A DNA stretch of 64,000 bases from Pelomyxa schiedti. Its lineage: Eukaryota; Protista; Evosea. The translations under genes were made by a program, and so were the position numbers. Shown here in pieces: positions 47,587 through 60,141 of this stretch. Under the pieces are notes generated by a model. The model ran no database searches. It was not told where the DNA came from and was given only the letters and a program-made list of their open reading frames with translations. The DNA is taken from contig JAHLWZ010000222.1 in NCBI GenBank assembly GCA_020536535.1, forward strand, positions 62,001-126,000, read 5' to 3'. Numbering within the stretch: position 1 is the stretch's first letter; each line of letters opens with the position of its first letter.

Positions 47587-49534
47587 CAGCTCGTAGCTTC
47601 AAAAATAGTTATTGTAATATGTTCGCCTTTGCATATTCGTAGTGCTGGTCTAGTACAGAAAAGACTTTGAATACAAAAGTAGAATAAAGCTGAACAGGTA
47701 CCTTTGCCAGTGATCCAACCTTAGTGGTGGTGACTTGGGTCTAGTCAAGGCTTCCAAATCCATTGACTCCCAAATCTACATACAACAACACCCATTAGGT
47801 GGGGCATTTTTCTAATAAATAAAAGAGTGAAAATAGACACACGAATGATAAGAGAGAGTTTTGCCGTAGGCACTCGGCCCTGGTATTGGTATCCCCCAAA
47901 TCAACAGGGAATGTTTCTGCAAATTCACAGCAATTGTTTGGGCCAAAGCAAAACTGTAACAGAAACATAGGGGTTAGCACACATTTAATGTGATGCAATA
48001 ATTTAGAAGGAAGGGAGAACATGGCCAAATACACAACTGGTTCGTTTTCATAGAAACCAGGGGGATAGCACATATAGTCACGATGAGACCACAATGTGAG
48101 CTTCAGTGGCTGCTTTGGGAAAAAAGTGAAAGTGTGAACGGTTCCATTTGCACTATAGAATACACCAAATAGCTTTGCACACCTATTTCAACCAGGAGTG
48201 AGAGGCCATTTTGAGAGAACGGCAACACACAAAGAATCAGGTGGTAAATCCTCAGTAAGGTCACGTGATGAAATACCGGGCATTGGGAAGCTCCTTGGTT
48301 GTAGCATCATTGTTGCTGTTGTGGGTTTGGTACATTGTTCATGCATAGGCCGCGGAAGATTGAAATAGGTGACCTATCATTTGCATTGAGTTTGTGGTAA
48401 GAATAGGAAGTGGAATAGGAGATTCGTACCCCATTCTCAGTAATTACGGATTGTGAAAGGTGTGGGGCAGCACGAACCGATGGAGATGTGGTGGTGCTGG
48501 TGACTTGCATTGGCTGAGGTTGTTGAGAGCTGGGCAGAGATTGGGGTTGTGAAGTTTGGTGCTGTATATTGTTCATAACTGCCTGTGACGGTTGGGGCTG
48601 CTGCAAAATCTGTTGTTGTTGGAGTGTTTGCTGTTGCTGTTGTACCATAAGGAGGTGTTGCTGCTGCTGGATAGTTTGATACTGTTGGGTACCCAATTGT
48701 ATTTGCAACTGTTGGTAGGGCTGCCCTGGTCCAGCTTTGAGAGTAGTGACTTGCCTGACCTGGGGAGTAAAATTGTACTTAGGTTGTACACTGTTAGAAA
48801 CAAAGTAGACAAAGGTGGAAACTCGTATAATAGTATATATATATATCCCCAACAACGAAATTGAAGGAAGAATTGACTACCATTTGAGGGCTAATAGAGG
48901 TCATCATAGGAGCAGGAGGTTGCACGGTCATTGGAGTAGGTTGCAGTTGCAATTGCAGCTGAGGTTGCTGCATCTGCAACTGCAATTGCAACTGAGCCTG
49001 CACTCCGCCCACGCCCACGCCACCACCCCCAATATGGCCGGAAGACGGCTGCAAATGCAACTGCAGCTGAGGCTGCGGCGGCGGGGGCAGGGCCGCCTGA
49101 GACCCACCTCCCCCCGGGGGCTGTTGCTGCTGCATCATCAACGAGGGAGCAGGGGAGACTGGTACCTGTTGCTGCTGTTGGTTGTTGGTGTTGTTGGGTG
49201 GCGGGGGTTGCATGGTGCTCGTAGCCACGAGGGAAGGAGGGGCCCCCGTGGGCCCGCTCGTCTGTTGCTGTTGTTGTTGGGGTTGGGGCTGCGGCTGTGG
49301 CGTTGTTGCGGTGATGGTGGCTACGATGGCATTGGTGTTGGTGTTGTTGTTGCTGTTGCTGTTGTTGTTGTTGGTGGGAGGGGTTGGGGTTGTTGGGGCT
49401 GCGGAGCTGGGTGCTTTGTTGTCTTGAGGCTGTTTGGTGGGGGTGGTTGTGTCTGTCGTCGTAGGCGCTGTTGCTGGTTGTTGTGGGGGCGCTGTGGTTG
49501 CTGTTGTGGGTGACTTTGACGAAGAGGCTGACAT
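47587..49534 (-). CDS. Hypothetical protein with Q/P/N-rich N-terminus
   Basis: CAA/CAG/AAC-rich coding exons splice to an unassigned globular C-terminal region. The 3' end is approximate. Confidence 0.55.
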
Positions 49535-49696
49535 TTTTACGCCGAATTCGCCATGTTTGGAAAGTAATAAACGAACCCCAACTTGGTCGCTGCTTTTCTC
49601 TTCTTTTTTTTGCTTAACATTACAAAGGGGCTTCATAGTTGTTGCTGTTCTTCTTCCTCCGCCACTTACGCTACGTCTGAACCCCCCCTCTGTTTG

Positions 49697-52016
49697 TTAC
49701 TGTCTCCTCTTGGGGAGGTACTTGCGCTTCTCGGTCAATTCTCTTTCCATCCACCAAATCTGGGTGTACGTGAGGGTTTGTTATATGGGTAGTGGGATAG
49801 TACGTTTCCATGTGCAACACCGCCCTTGTGTTTGGTGGCTTCCAGGAAATCGGCAGCTTCTTGTAATGCTTGTTCGGCACCCGCTACGGCTACCTCCACT
49901 TGCTTTTGGGCTTCCTCCGCTATGTGAAAGTTAGATAGGAATCACTTCTCAAAACAATCTTTAGTACCTGCTGCAGCTGCATCTTCAGCAGCTTGGCGTG
50001 CTTGTTGAGCATTGTGTCTTTCTTCTTCTGCTTTCTGGGCTGCAAGCTCGGCTTGTCTGGCAGCCTCTTCTGCAGCTATACGGGCTTTTTTGGCTTCTTC
50101 AGCGGCTTGTTCTGCCCTCACTCTACTCTCCTCGGCTTCCTTGGCAGCAGCTTCGGCTGCTCTAGCAGAAGATTCAGCAGCACGGGCTGATGCTTCAGCC
50201 TCTTTGCGTGCCTTGGAGCAAGGTTAAAGAACTATACAGGAAACAGCAACGGTAACCTGTTTTGCAGCCTGCGCTGTTGACTCTGCAGCTCGTGCGTCTT
50301 CTTCGGCATCGAGACGTGCTTTTTCTGCAAGTTTAGCAGATTCTTCAGCTTCGGCTGCTGCCTGCGCAGCAGCATGTGCGGCATTTTCAGCACTAACGCG
50401 GTCTGCTTCAGCTGCGTTTGCTGCTGCAGTGGCAACATCTGCAGCTTCCTTGGCGACAGCTGCCTTGGCATTAGCCTTGTCAGCTTGTTCTTTAGCTTCC
50501 TTGGCAGCCTTCTCAGCCTTGTTAACTGCAGCAGTCTGGCTGATTTTAGCCTTTCTGAGTGGTAGGTAAGGAATGATAGGAAAGAAATTTCATAACAACC
50601 GAAGTGGTAGAGGATCTTCCTTCTTTGCTTGTTCCAGCTGTTAAAGGTAGTTACAAAGATGTAGTTATGAGAGCGGGGTGGTACTTCATTGACGGCTCTA
50701 TTGCGTCCAACAACACCAGTTGCGGTATCGATTTTGTGCTGGAGGTCAGACTTTTTCTTCTCAAAAGCGCTTTCTTGGGATTGAAGTTCAGCCAAAGCAG
50801 CCTGGTTCTCATCGGCAGCTGCACGGGCAGCAGCAGCAGCTTGGTCACTGAGGGCCGCAGCTTGTTCACTCTCTGCAGCAGCTGCTTGAGAAAGGGCCTG
50901 CTTCGCTTTTGCCTGTTTTTCAGAGGCAGCGGCTGCCTCTGCAGTCCTATTGGCCTCTTCCTTTGCCTTCTTTGCTTCAGCTTCCTTGTGTTTGGCGTCT
51001 GCCTCACTGTCACGTGCTTCCTGAGCAGATTGTGCAGCCTCTTGGGCAGCCTTCTTTGCTGCAGCCTCTGAGTTCTTAGCACTCTCTTCTGCTGCCTTGG
51101 CATCCGCCTCTGCTTGCTTCGCTTCGGCCTCTCTTTGTCGAGCGTCTGCTTCTGCCGCCTTTGCCTCTGTTTCCTTTTGTAGAGCTTCAGCTTCTGCCTG
51201 CTTGGCATCAACCTCGGCTTGCTTTGCTTCTGCCTCTGCTCTTCTGGCTTCAGCCTCGGCAGCTAGGGCAGCACTTTCTTGAGCCTTTGCTTCTTCGGCA
51301 GCTGCCTTGGCCGCAGCAGCGGCCTCTTTTTGTTCGTCCAACTTTCTTGTGATTTCTTCCATTGCATTTTGAGCAGCATCCACCTTTTCTTGTGCTGCCG
51401 CGACTTCCTCTGTTAAGGAGTGAGGAGGCCTTCTCGCACTATCGTTGGAAATTACCTCGGTTTTCTCCTTGCGGAGAATTCACAACAGCAGCCACACCTT
51501 TCTTATACTTGAAAAGCAGATACTCTGTTAATGAAGGTCATACCAAGCCATAGAGAGAACAAACTTACCAGTAAGGGACATTTTTTTGTCGTTGTCGATA
51601 TCAATATTTTTCAGCTTCTCACGGAGTTGAATAACAGTAAGAGTCTCCCCAAGAGCTTCCAAGAATTTGTGGCTCCAGAACTGAACAAGTTATGATAAGG
51701 AGGTGGATAGGAAGTATGAAGCCAAACCTCATCAAGGTTGCACCCAGCAGCTTTCCTCTCCTGATCCAACTGCGAAAATAGCTGACAGAATTTCCAAATC
51801 TAAAGAGAATAAGGGTCTACAAGCGAAAAAAAACCCAAAACAACTTTAAACCAAACACAATGAAAATAAAAAAAACCGTACGTTCTCAGCCTCTGGCCTC
51901 ATTTCTTCCCAGAAACCATTCAACCACCATTTGCACTGTTCAGCATACGGTTTGTTTGTCAGGGTAGCAAAGGCCTGTTGGAATTCCTTGGGTACTCTTG
52001 AGGCTGATGCTGCCAT
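49697..52016 (-). CDS. ABP34-like EF-hand actin-bundling protein with long Ala/Glu/Lys coiled coil
   Basis: QCKWWLNGFW, HKFLEALGETLTVIQLREKLKNIDIDNDKKMSL|EYLLFKY, GVVGRNRAVNE|LEQAKKEDPLPLR|KAKI and IWWMERELTEKRKYLP. Confidence 0.8.
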
Positions 52017-52379
52017 TTCTTTCCCTTGTTGTTGGGGAGTTTTTTTTTTTGTTTTTAATGTTTCGGCGACGACCGCTGGGCGGTGTTGACTATTTTTTTT
52101 TTGTTCTTTGGAGTGCTGGGAAAAAAGTTAGGTGAAGGATATTTTTAGTGTTGTTTTTGCCCCTTGGTTGTTATGGGGTGGAACCTTTCTTTCTGAGAGA
52201 CTCTCCGCCTGTACCCAGCGACATTTCGTTCTCAGAACTCAATGATACGACCTGAGCTAGATTTCTCTTGGGGAACTAAGATCTAGGAGGTGATCTAGAC
52301 GGCTGACGAAGGAGAAAAAACAAACAAAACAAAAAACAAGTGCAGCACACAGCGGATCAGCGGCGACCTGTGTTTTGCA

Positions 52380-54419
52380 ATGGCCACGTCTACTCCGGTG
52401 TCGGTGCCCGACAAAAGACATGAAGATCCTGTCATCATTCTCAACGGCGACAGTTTGACACTGGAAGATCTTGTTCTGCTTGGCCAAATGCCCCCCGTAT
52501 GCCGCGTCGCCATCTCTGACGAAGTTGCTCGTCTCGTCACGGAAGGCAGGGCTATGTTGGAAGCGATGTCTGCTAATGAGACAATTTACGGCGTGAATAC
52601 TGGCTTTGGCTCCTTGGCTAGGGTCAAAATACCACCCTCTGATGTGGAGCAGCTCCAATTAAATCTAATACGAACTCACGCCGCGGGTGTTGGAGAACCC
52701 GTTCCTCATAATATTGTATGTCTCTGTTTTAGGTGTACTTTGCTAATATTATGGCTCAGTCGAGAATGGTTTTTGCACTACGGTTGAATACGCTTAGTAA
52801 GGGACACAGTGGCTGCACACTTGAGACCCTTCAGAGGATGGTGTCTGCTTTCAACGCTGGTTGTGTGCCAAGGATTCCATGCCAAGGAACTGTTGGAGCT
52901 TCTGGTTTGCCTAATTTCTTTTCCATTTATCAACACCCAGTAACATGAAAATACAATTTAGGTGATCTTGCACCACTTGCACACCTGGCATTGTCATTAA
53001 TTGGGGAAGGAGAAATGTGGGACGATGCCACCAATACATGGATAGCAGCAAAGGAGGTTTTGTATTTTCTTTTCTCGCTTTTGTCTCATGCCTGTTAGGT
53101 CCTTGAAAGAAAAGGGTGTTCACCAATTCATCTTCATTCCAAAGAAGGTCTTGCCATGACAAATGGTACACCATTCATAACATCTATATGCACCCAGGTA
53201 AAGAGAATTGTGTTTTTCTGCTGTGAAAGGTTTTTCTTGTATTGACATGAATAGGCACTTCTTGAAGCGGAAAAAACTTTGGAGCAAGCAGTAATTGTAG
53301 CTGCGCTTTCTCTGGAGGCTGCTGGAGGAACTGATAAATGCTTTGATGCCAGGATTCATGGGTGGGTTTCATACCATTTTCATCTTTCTTTCCTTACCAC
53401 TCTACCAGGGTACGAAAGCACTCAGGGCAGCAATGGGTTGCTGAGTACATGAGAAGCCTTCTTACAAGTGGCCCTACTCAAGGTACACTTTCCTTCAGTT
53501 CTTTTTTTCTTTCCAACCTGAAGCTAGAGCACAGCACTATTCATGAAGCTCTTGCCAAAACGAAGGTGCAAGACAGTTACACACTGCGGTGTGTACCACA
53601 GGTTTATGGTGTAACACGAGACATGTTGAAATGGGTTCGTGGAATACTCTCTGTCGAGATCAACTCAGTCACAGACAACCCACTTGTGTTTTTGCCAGAC
53701 ACGGTGTTAAGTGGAGGAAATTTTCATGCAGAGTACCCAGCCAAGGCAGCTGATATGCTCGCAATTGCTATCCAGGATGTAGCGAATATGAGTGAAAGAA
53801 GGATTTTCAAGTTGACCACTGGTTCTTTATCTAATGGTTTACCAGCCTGCTTGGCGTAAGACCCCCTTGTGGTTGTCTAAATTCTAACCGTCACAAATAG
53901 GACAAGCCCAGGAGTAACAAGTGGTTGTATGATTGTTCAATATACAGCGGCTGCAGTCACATCCGAAAACAAAGTTCGTCATTTTTTCCTACCTCGGAAT
54001 TAACTTGTCTCTAGGTTTTGGTTCATCCATCATCATCGGACACAATTCCAACAGGGGAGGGAATTGAAGACCATGTGTCAATGGGTGGTTATTCCGCAAG
54101 AAAAGCTATTCAGGTTTCGTATCATTTGAAGTACTTTTACTCCTTACAAACACCTAAAAACCAGGTTGTTGATAACGTACAGAAAGTTGTTGGCATAGAG
54201 CTGCTTACTGCATGCCAGGCACTGGCCTACAGACATCGTGATGGCATAACATCCACACCAGTGTTGGAAGCTGTGTACAACCACGTCCGGCACACGAGGG
54301 GAGTGCCAAGCATGGTGGACGGGGACCACTATATCAGCCCCGACATGGCCACCTGCATTGATGTCATCAAGAAAGGTGAGCTTCTCCCAATTGTGAAACA
54401 GTTCATTGGAACCTTGTAA
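52380..54419 (+). CDS. HAL: Histidine ammonia-lyase (histidase)
   Basis: IYGVNTGFGSLA, GTVGASG|DLAPLAHLA (MIO-forming ASG), KEGLAM.NGT, VQDSYTLRCVPQV, SGGNFHAEY and EDHVSMGG. Confidence 0.95.
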
Positions 54420-54553
54420 CAAGAAAGAAAACCACACGTTTTTGCTCTTTGAATTTGCACAAAATGGCCACTCTCACCCCATTCCCCTTCCTACCCTAGG
54501 ACACTAGAGAACAGTGGGAATTCCCTTTTGGTTCAAACCTTTTTCAGTTTCTG

Positions 54554-57083
54554 CTAAATGTTCAAGTTTGTTTCAATGGGACAATCAAAAAAATATGTCT
54601 TGCGAGACCAGGCACTGTTGGGGTGGCGCGGCGGTGACTGGTGAGTGGATTCATGGAATTCTGCTGGCCCATCGTAGTTGGTGACTGCGGTAGTAGGGGT
54701 TGAACTTGTAGTTGCAGAAGCAGAGGCAGCATTTGAGGTTCTCGTTGCGGCTTCATCTGAGGCAGCTTCAACAGCAAACTGTAATGCTTTGGTTGCGTTG
54801 TTCATCATTGTCACTCTGATCGTGGAACTCAGCCTTGAGATTCCCGGAAAGCAACATGGTTCCTATTGGCATCCCAACGTGTTCATCAAGCAGAGTCTCA
54901 ACTTGGCGTGCTCCGAGTTGAGCTGACCCGTAGGCCAGGTCGGCAACAAACAGCTTGGCATCATCACTTATGGTAAGAGTGACTCCATTCGCGCCTTTGA
55001 CTCTCATGGCCAGCCTGACAGACATCAATTCAACTATGCCAACAAAGTTCTGGCGTGCCACAGCACATACAGTCATTATTATATTAGATTAGCTACGATA
55101 TGATATGATATGGGTGGGAGTTTAGCAGGTTTTTTTTCGGGCGCGATATGGGATATCTTTTTTACCTGGGCGGAACTTCGTGCGTACTAAATCAATGACT
55201 GCGTTTGAAATTTCCGGTGTCAGAGCTGCAGTTCCGGCGTAGTCTGGTGGAATGCTTTTCAACAGAATTTCAGATCCAATTTTGGATGTCAACAATACAA
55301 TGGTGTGCGAGAAATCCACGGTTGTGCCCTGAGTCGTCAGGCGACCGTAATCCAGAACTGTTTGTTGTTGGTTTCCGAATTAGTCTTGGACTGTGACCAA
55401 CACAATACAACACAAAATACTTCACACACTCTTGAAGAGAAGAACAAAAGGATGAGACTACCTTGAAGTAGGACATCACACAATTCCGGGTCGGCTTTCT
55501 CGATTTCGTCGAAAAGGACAACACTGTGCGGCTTACGAAGCACTGGCCCAGTGAGCCGGCCACCTTTGTCATATCCCACGTAGCCTGGAGGGGATCCAAT
55601 CAAACATGCCACAGTATTCTTCTCCTTGTACTAATATATACAAAATGTGAGAATGTGAGTTGGGGGTTTGGTGCATGAGATATGTTGCACAGTGTACAAT
55701 AGTGGTGGTCAACGCGCACGCACACACACGCACACCTCTACGCACACACCTCTGAGCAGTCAATACGAATCATATTACTTTCATCATCAAAAAGCTCTAT
55801 TGCAAGGGCTCTGGCCAATTCAGTCTTTCCCACTCCCGAGGGACCCAGAAACTGATCATATTGTATAAGCAAGATCCGAAAAAAAAGGAATGCATTATTA
55901 GTACAGGGAATGAACAGTTACCATAAAGGAAAGGGGCTTATTCGTGGGTCCAAGTGCCCGTGTAGTCATGATCGATCTTGCAACTGTGTTGACCGCCTTG
56001 TCTTGGCCAATGACCCTTCTGTTCAACTTCTCTGGCAGTTGCAGCAACACATCCCTTTCACTTGTATTGAACGTGATTGAGGTTATTCTGGTGATCTTCT
56101 GTACTGCTTTGGCAACATCGTCTGGGCCAACTGTGTTCCTGATGAACGGCGGCGGCATCTGCTGAGCTGCTGGGTCTGCTGCTGCCTGCTTCTCCACGAG
56201 GAAATTTTCTCATCACAGTCATTCATACATACCGTTTTTATGTTGTCTTCAAGGTTTTTCATTTGGCGATGGCAGTACACAACCAACTCATCATCCCCTA
56301 GGGTCTTTGCGCTTTCCAATGAGGCATTTGTTGGTGACATAGCGGTGAGCCAGCTCGGCAGCGGCAACGAGGGCAGTGTCCAGGATCGTGACCCCGTCGG
56401 TCTCATACTCGTGCTTGACCCCCTGCAATATCCTGATGGTTTCAGGCACATCTGGAGCAGTCACGTCAACTCTCTCGATTTTATCTGCAAGGTATTCATC
56501 ACTTCCACAGCATTTTTTGAACTCGGCAGGTGTTGTGGCTCAGAAAAGCAATTACTACGATGCGATGCGCGTATTGGCCTACAGCACATCTGGAGTAAGT
56601 TCAATTCTCCAGATCTGCTGGAGGCCAATACGCGCATCGCATTGCAGTAATTGCTTTTCTGAGGCACGACGGAAGACTCTTTGTATGTGGATTTCTCCAA
56701 TCCCCTTAAAAGTAGAAGGAGATCCACGCTTTGGTTGTGATGCCTGTGCAAAGATTAATGAAGAAAAAAAAAAGAGAAGGGGAAACAAAAACCAAAAAAA
56801 ACCAAGAAAAAAAAAAAAAGGAACAACACACAAACACACTCACCAGCAGTGAATTCAAAGAAGCAATTACAGCACTGACATCACCGCCGATTGTATGGTA
56901 CACTTGCCGCGCCGGCGAAGTCTCTTTCTACAAAAGCGCCAAAGCGAGGTGCAGGGGAACGACTACGAAAGCCCAGCTGTCCACCGCGACGTCTTGCATT
57001 TCCTTAAATGCAGCGTACGAGTCGGGTGTCATCCTTTCCGCCCCAATGGTCTCGCCAGGTTCGCCGCTGATGGCCTTCTGCAT
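54554..57083 (-). pseudogene. ClpB/Hsp104-like AAA+ chaperone pseudogene
   Basis: Clp-N domain with in-frame TAG at 56928-56930. D1 remnant ATTPAEF..GVTILDTALVAAAELAHRY, then a frameshift. D2 motifs [35 protein letters not shown] and GAR. A further frameshift lies near the C-terminus, and a hairpin element is inserted. Confidence 0.8.
56540..56662. mobile_element. Foldback/MITE-like element: 123 bp, 56-bp TIRs (4 mismatches), 11-nt loop, GGC target-site duplication
   Basis: ggc|tcagaaaagcaattact...atctggag taagttcaatt ctccagat...agtaattgcttttctga|ggc. Removing the element plus one GGC removes the stop and joins RVFRR to ATTPAEF in frame. Confidence 0.7.
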
Positions 57084-57840
57084 CTTCTTCCTTTTTTTTG
57101 TGGTCTCAACAAATTGTTTTCGAGGATTGACTAAGCGGAGGAGATTTCGGGGACTGAGGGGAATTTATGCTTTATGCTCCTGTGCGGTGAAGAGGGGGAG
57201 AGGAAGTTGGTGTCACAGTTCAGCGGCAGAGAGAACGGAATTGTGGGTCCCGCGATGGTGGTGAACGAGATCTCAGGGTCCTTGACGAGCATAGGGATGC
57301 CGTTTGTCCAAAACAAAAGTAAAGATCCCACGTGGATACCACGACGGGCAGTGGCATGTGCCCCCGCACATTTTTCTTGATTGATGAACGTTTTCGTTTG
57401 AAAAAAGTTGTTGATGTTCTGGCTCTGTGGGCCAACTTGAATGACCATCCAGCACGGTTTCATTTCGTCCTCCTTCCCGGGTGTTGGTTGGTAGCCTTGG
57501 GTGGCAGACTGGTGTTAAGGCTCTTTGCGGAACGAAGGCAATGATGATTCCTCTGTTGGTGTCCACAGGCCCATTGTTGGACACATTCCCGTTCCATACA
57601 ACGAGTGTGCAGAACGAGCAAATAGTTGCTCTGGGCAAAATGTGCTCCCTCTGAGCCGCACGTAAAGGCTTGTATCTCACCAAACAAAAACCTGAGAGGG
57701 ATTGGAAGAACTTTGGGGTTCTTACCAACCCCGTCATTCCAGCTTGGCCAATTCTGCAGCTTACGAAGAAAATCAACCAAATGTGTAAATCACTTTTGGG
57801 TGGGGTTGTATTGACACATGAGGAATAGCTGGTGTAAATA

Positions 57841-59300
57841 TCAAAGGGTGTTCGAATCCAGTTCCACATCGGGGGAAACTGATCCCTCGGAGGGCAATGG
57901 TGGGTCTCCTAAGACTGTGGATGCTACCTCCCCAGCTGTGGATTGTTTCACAACAAGCCATGCTACAATCCATATCACACAGGCCAGGAAGAACATTATC
58001 GGTACAACTAAAAGAGCCATGTCGAGTTTCCCGGTAGAATCGGAGATAGCTCCCTGTCGTAGGTGAATTAAAGTGTTGTAAACTACAAGTGGTTGATACC
58101 ACAACAGCAGAGCTATATGAAGACCCACAGGAGTTTACAATTAGTAGGTTAAGGCTGGAAATTGGTCAAATATTTATAGAGCAAATATGAGAATTGTACC
58201 TCATGGCTCTACTCCGTGAGTTGGCATCGACGCTGTTGTTGAGAACAGCATTGATTGGACCTTAAAGACCCTCAGAGATATACAAGGGAGAAGAGATACT
58301 ACCTACGTATATATACACGGCAGATACAGATACGAAAATTAAACTACATGCGAGGTACTTAATATTCATCAAGAGGATAGCGATAGTGAGAGGTGTGGCC
58401 AATATGAGTCCCATGTATGAGACAAAGAAATAAGGCTGCTTTGTAAATCTTTTGGATAAATCACCAAGTACAGCTCCCAAAAATGTTCCGGCTACCGCTC
58501 CAACTACAACAATTCCACCCACAAGTAAACCTGCAAGTGTTGCTGACATATCATATGTTCTATATTAAAAGGCTGGATTAAGTTATAAATGTGAAAATAT
58601 GAAAATTTATGTCAAAATAACAACAAAAAAAAAGGTACCGAGAAAAATATGCAGGTAACCAGTCAGCCATGGCTGTGAGGCCTCCAGCAAGAGGTGTCTG
58701 ACCAATTACAACAAAGAGATATGCTGGATTAGTGAAGAGTACCTTTATTACGTTAAGGAGATGTAAACATTCGCTTCCTATACCTTCAAGCCTTGTAGTA
58801 TTCCTGGAGAAGGAGAGTTCTTGGTAACATCGTATCTTCCTTTCTTTGGTTCCTTCAAAGGAAGAATAGCAAATATCACAGCAACGAATACCGCACTGCC
58901 TGCAAAGGTGACCCTTCAACCAATCGTATCCCCCAGAAAGCCACCAATAATAAATGCAAAAGCAGTGCCCACAGGAATCATTGCGAAAAATAATGACATA
59001 GCTTTAGATACTCTATCAGGGGGGAAGAAATCGCACAAAAGTGAAGGTGCGACAGCGGAAAAAGCAGCTATTTTGTGTAAGATATGGACCAAAAGAGAAG
59101 TGAGCGAAAACCTGACCCAATGCCAACAAATACCCTCGCGAAAAGGAGAAACTCTCAGAGAAAGCAGTAACGCAAGATCCCACAGAAAATATAAAAAGGG
59201 AGCCCCACCGACAAACGACAGCCCCGCATCGCTTTGGTGTTTTATTTTAATTTGTTGTATCGGATCTTGGGGAAAGGGTCTGAATGAGCCTGATATCAGA
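57841..59300 (-). pseudogene. Spinster-like MFS transporter, probably pseudogene (5' decayed)
   Basis: LLFARVFVGIG..APSLLCDFFPP.R.SKAMSLFF..IPVGTAFAFIIGG, WLPAYF and GTFLGAVLGD. In-frame TGA at the GWR motif (58916-58918), a frameshift at ~59145, and no clear N-terminal TMs. Confidence 0.7.
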
Positions 59301-59395
59301 GATGAGGAGAAAAGAAATGCAACGACAGTACGGCGACTTTTCTTCCGATTTTTTGCCTTCAGGCTTTGAAAATCACTGTGGAACAGAAGAAGGTG

Positions 59396-60057
59396 ATGGC
59401 GTCAAGAATTATAGTTGTTCCGGGTAACTGCGTTGGGTGGGTGGAGGGTGCTCATTGGTATCGCTATGTGAGGGAGGTTATGGCCCCGCACAACGTAGAG
59501 GTTGTGTTGAGGTTTGGGCTTTCCGTTTCCGACCACACACTCGTGGGACCGGACTCACGCCACCACAAAAAAAAAGAGATTTCCCCGACCCAGTCTATGC
59601 ACGCGAGAGCGTGTGGATTCCTTTTTTGCGGGACGAGCTGCACTGCGACGCAGACACCGTCGTTGTGGGACACAGCAGCGGCGCAGCGGCCGCCATGAGA
59701 TTGGCTGAATCCGGCGTGAGGCTGCGTGGGTTGGCGCTGGTGTCTGCTTACCACACAGACGGCGGCGACGAGACTGAGGCCGCGTCTGGGTACTTCTCCA
59801 GGCCGTTCGACTGGCCTAGAATCATAGACAACTCGGGGTTTATTGTTCAGTTCCATGGTGCGGATGATCCTCTGGCGCCAGTTGAGGAGGTCACAAGCAA
59901 GCTAAACCATAACTTCACAATCTAAAATCAAAAACAGGGACGCACTATTTCCAATCACCTCAATTCTGAGTATCACGAACTTCAAAGTGGTGGACATTTT
60001 CGCCAGAAAACTTTTCCTGAGCTATACGAAGCCTTAAAAACAAAGATGTGTCTGTAG
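59396..60057 (+). CDS. RBBP9: RBBP9/YdeN-family serine hydrolase
   Basis: IVVPGN..HWY, FPDPVYARESVWIPF, VGHSSGAAAAMR, SAYHTD..E.ASGYF.RP.DW, QFHGADDP and GGHF; two introns. Confidence 0.92.
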
Positions 60058-60141
60058 CACAAAATGAAAGCCAAATTTCCTAAAGGGATACAATAAAATA
60101 AATACTATTTTCCCTCTGCATTTACATCTTTCACGTTACTC

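Noticed and set aside
48185-48310. Possible selenocysteine or readthrough TGA codons next to Cys in the Q-rich gene
   Set aside because: Ordinary GT-AG introns (including a 48-nt GTGTGT...AAATAG) give an open frame without recoding; no SECIS seen.
57273-57869. ORF containing VLDGHSS, reminiscent of pogo/DDE_1 transposases
   Set aside because: A single short motif with no other DDE or HTH motifs and no TIRs; unsupported without a profile search.
58916-58918. TGA at the conserved Trp of MFS GWR suggesting UGA=Trp or readthrough
   Set aside because: Other genes here use TGG for Trp and TGA as a terminal stop, and the same gene has a frameshift. A nonsense mutation or base error is simpler.
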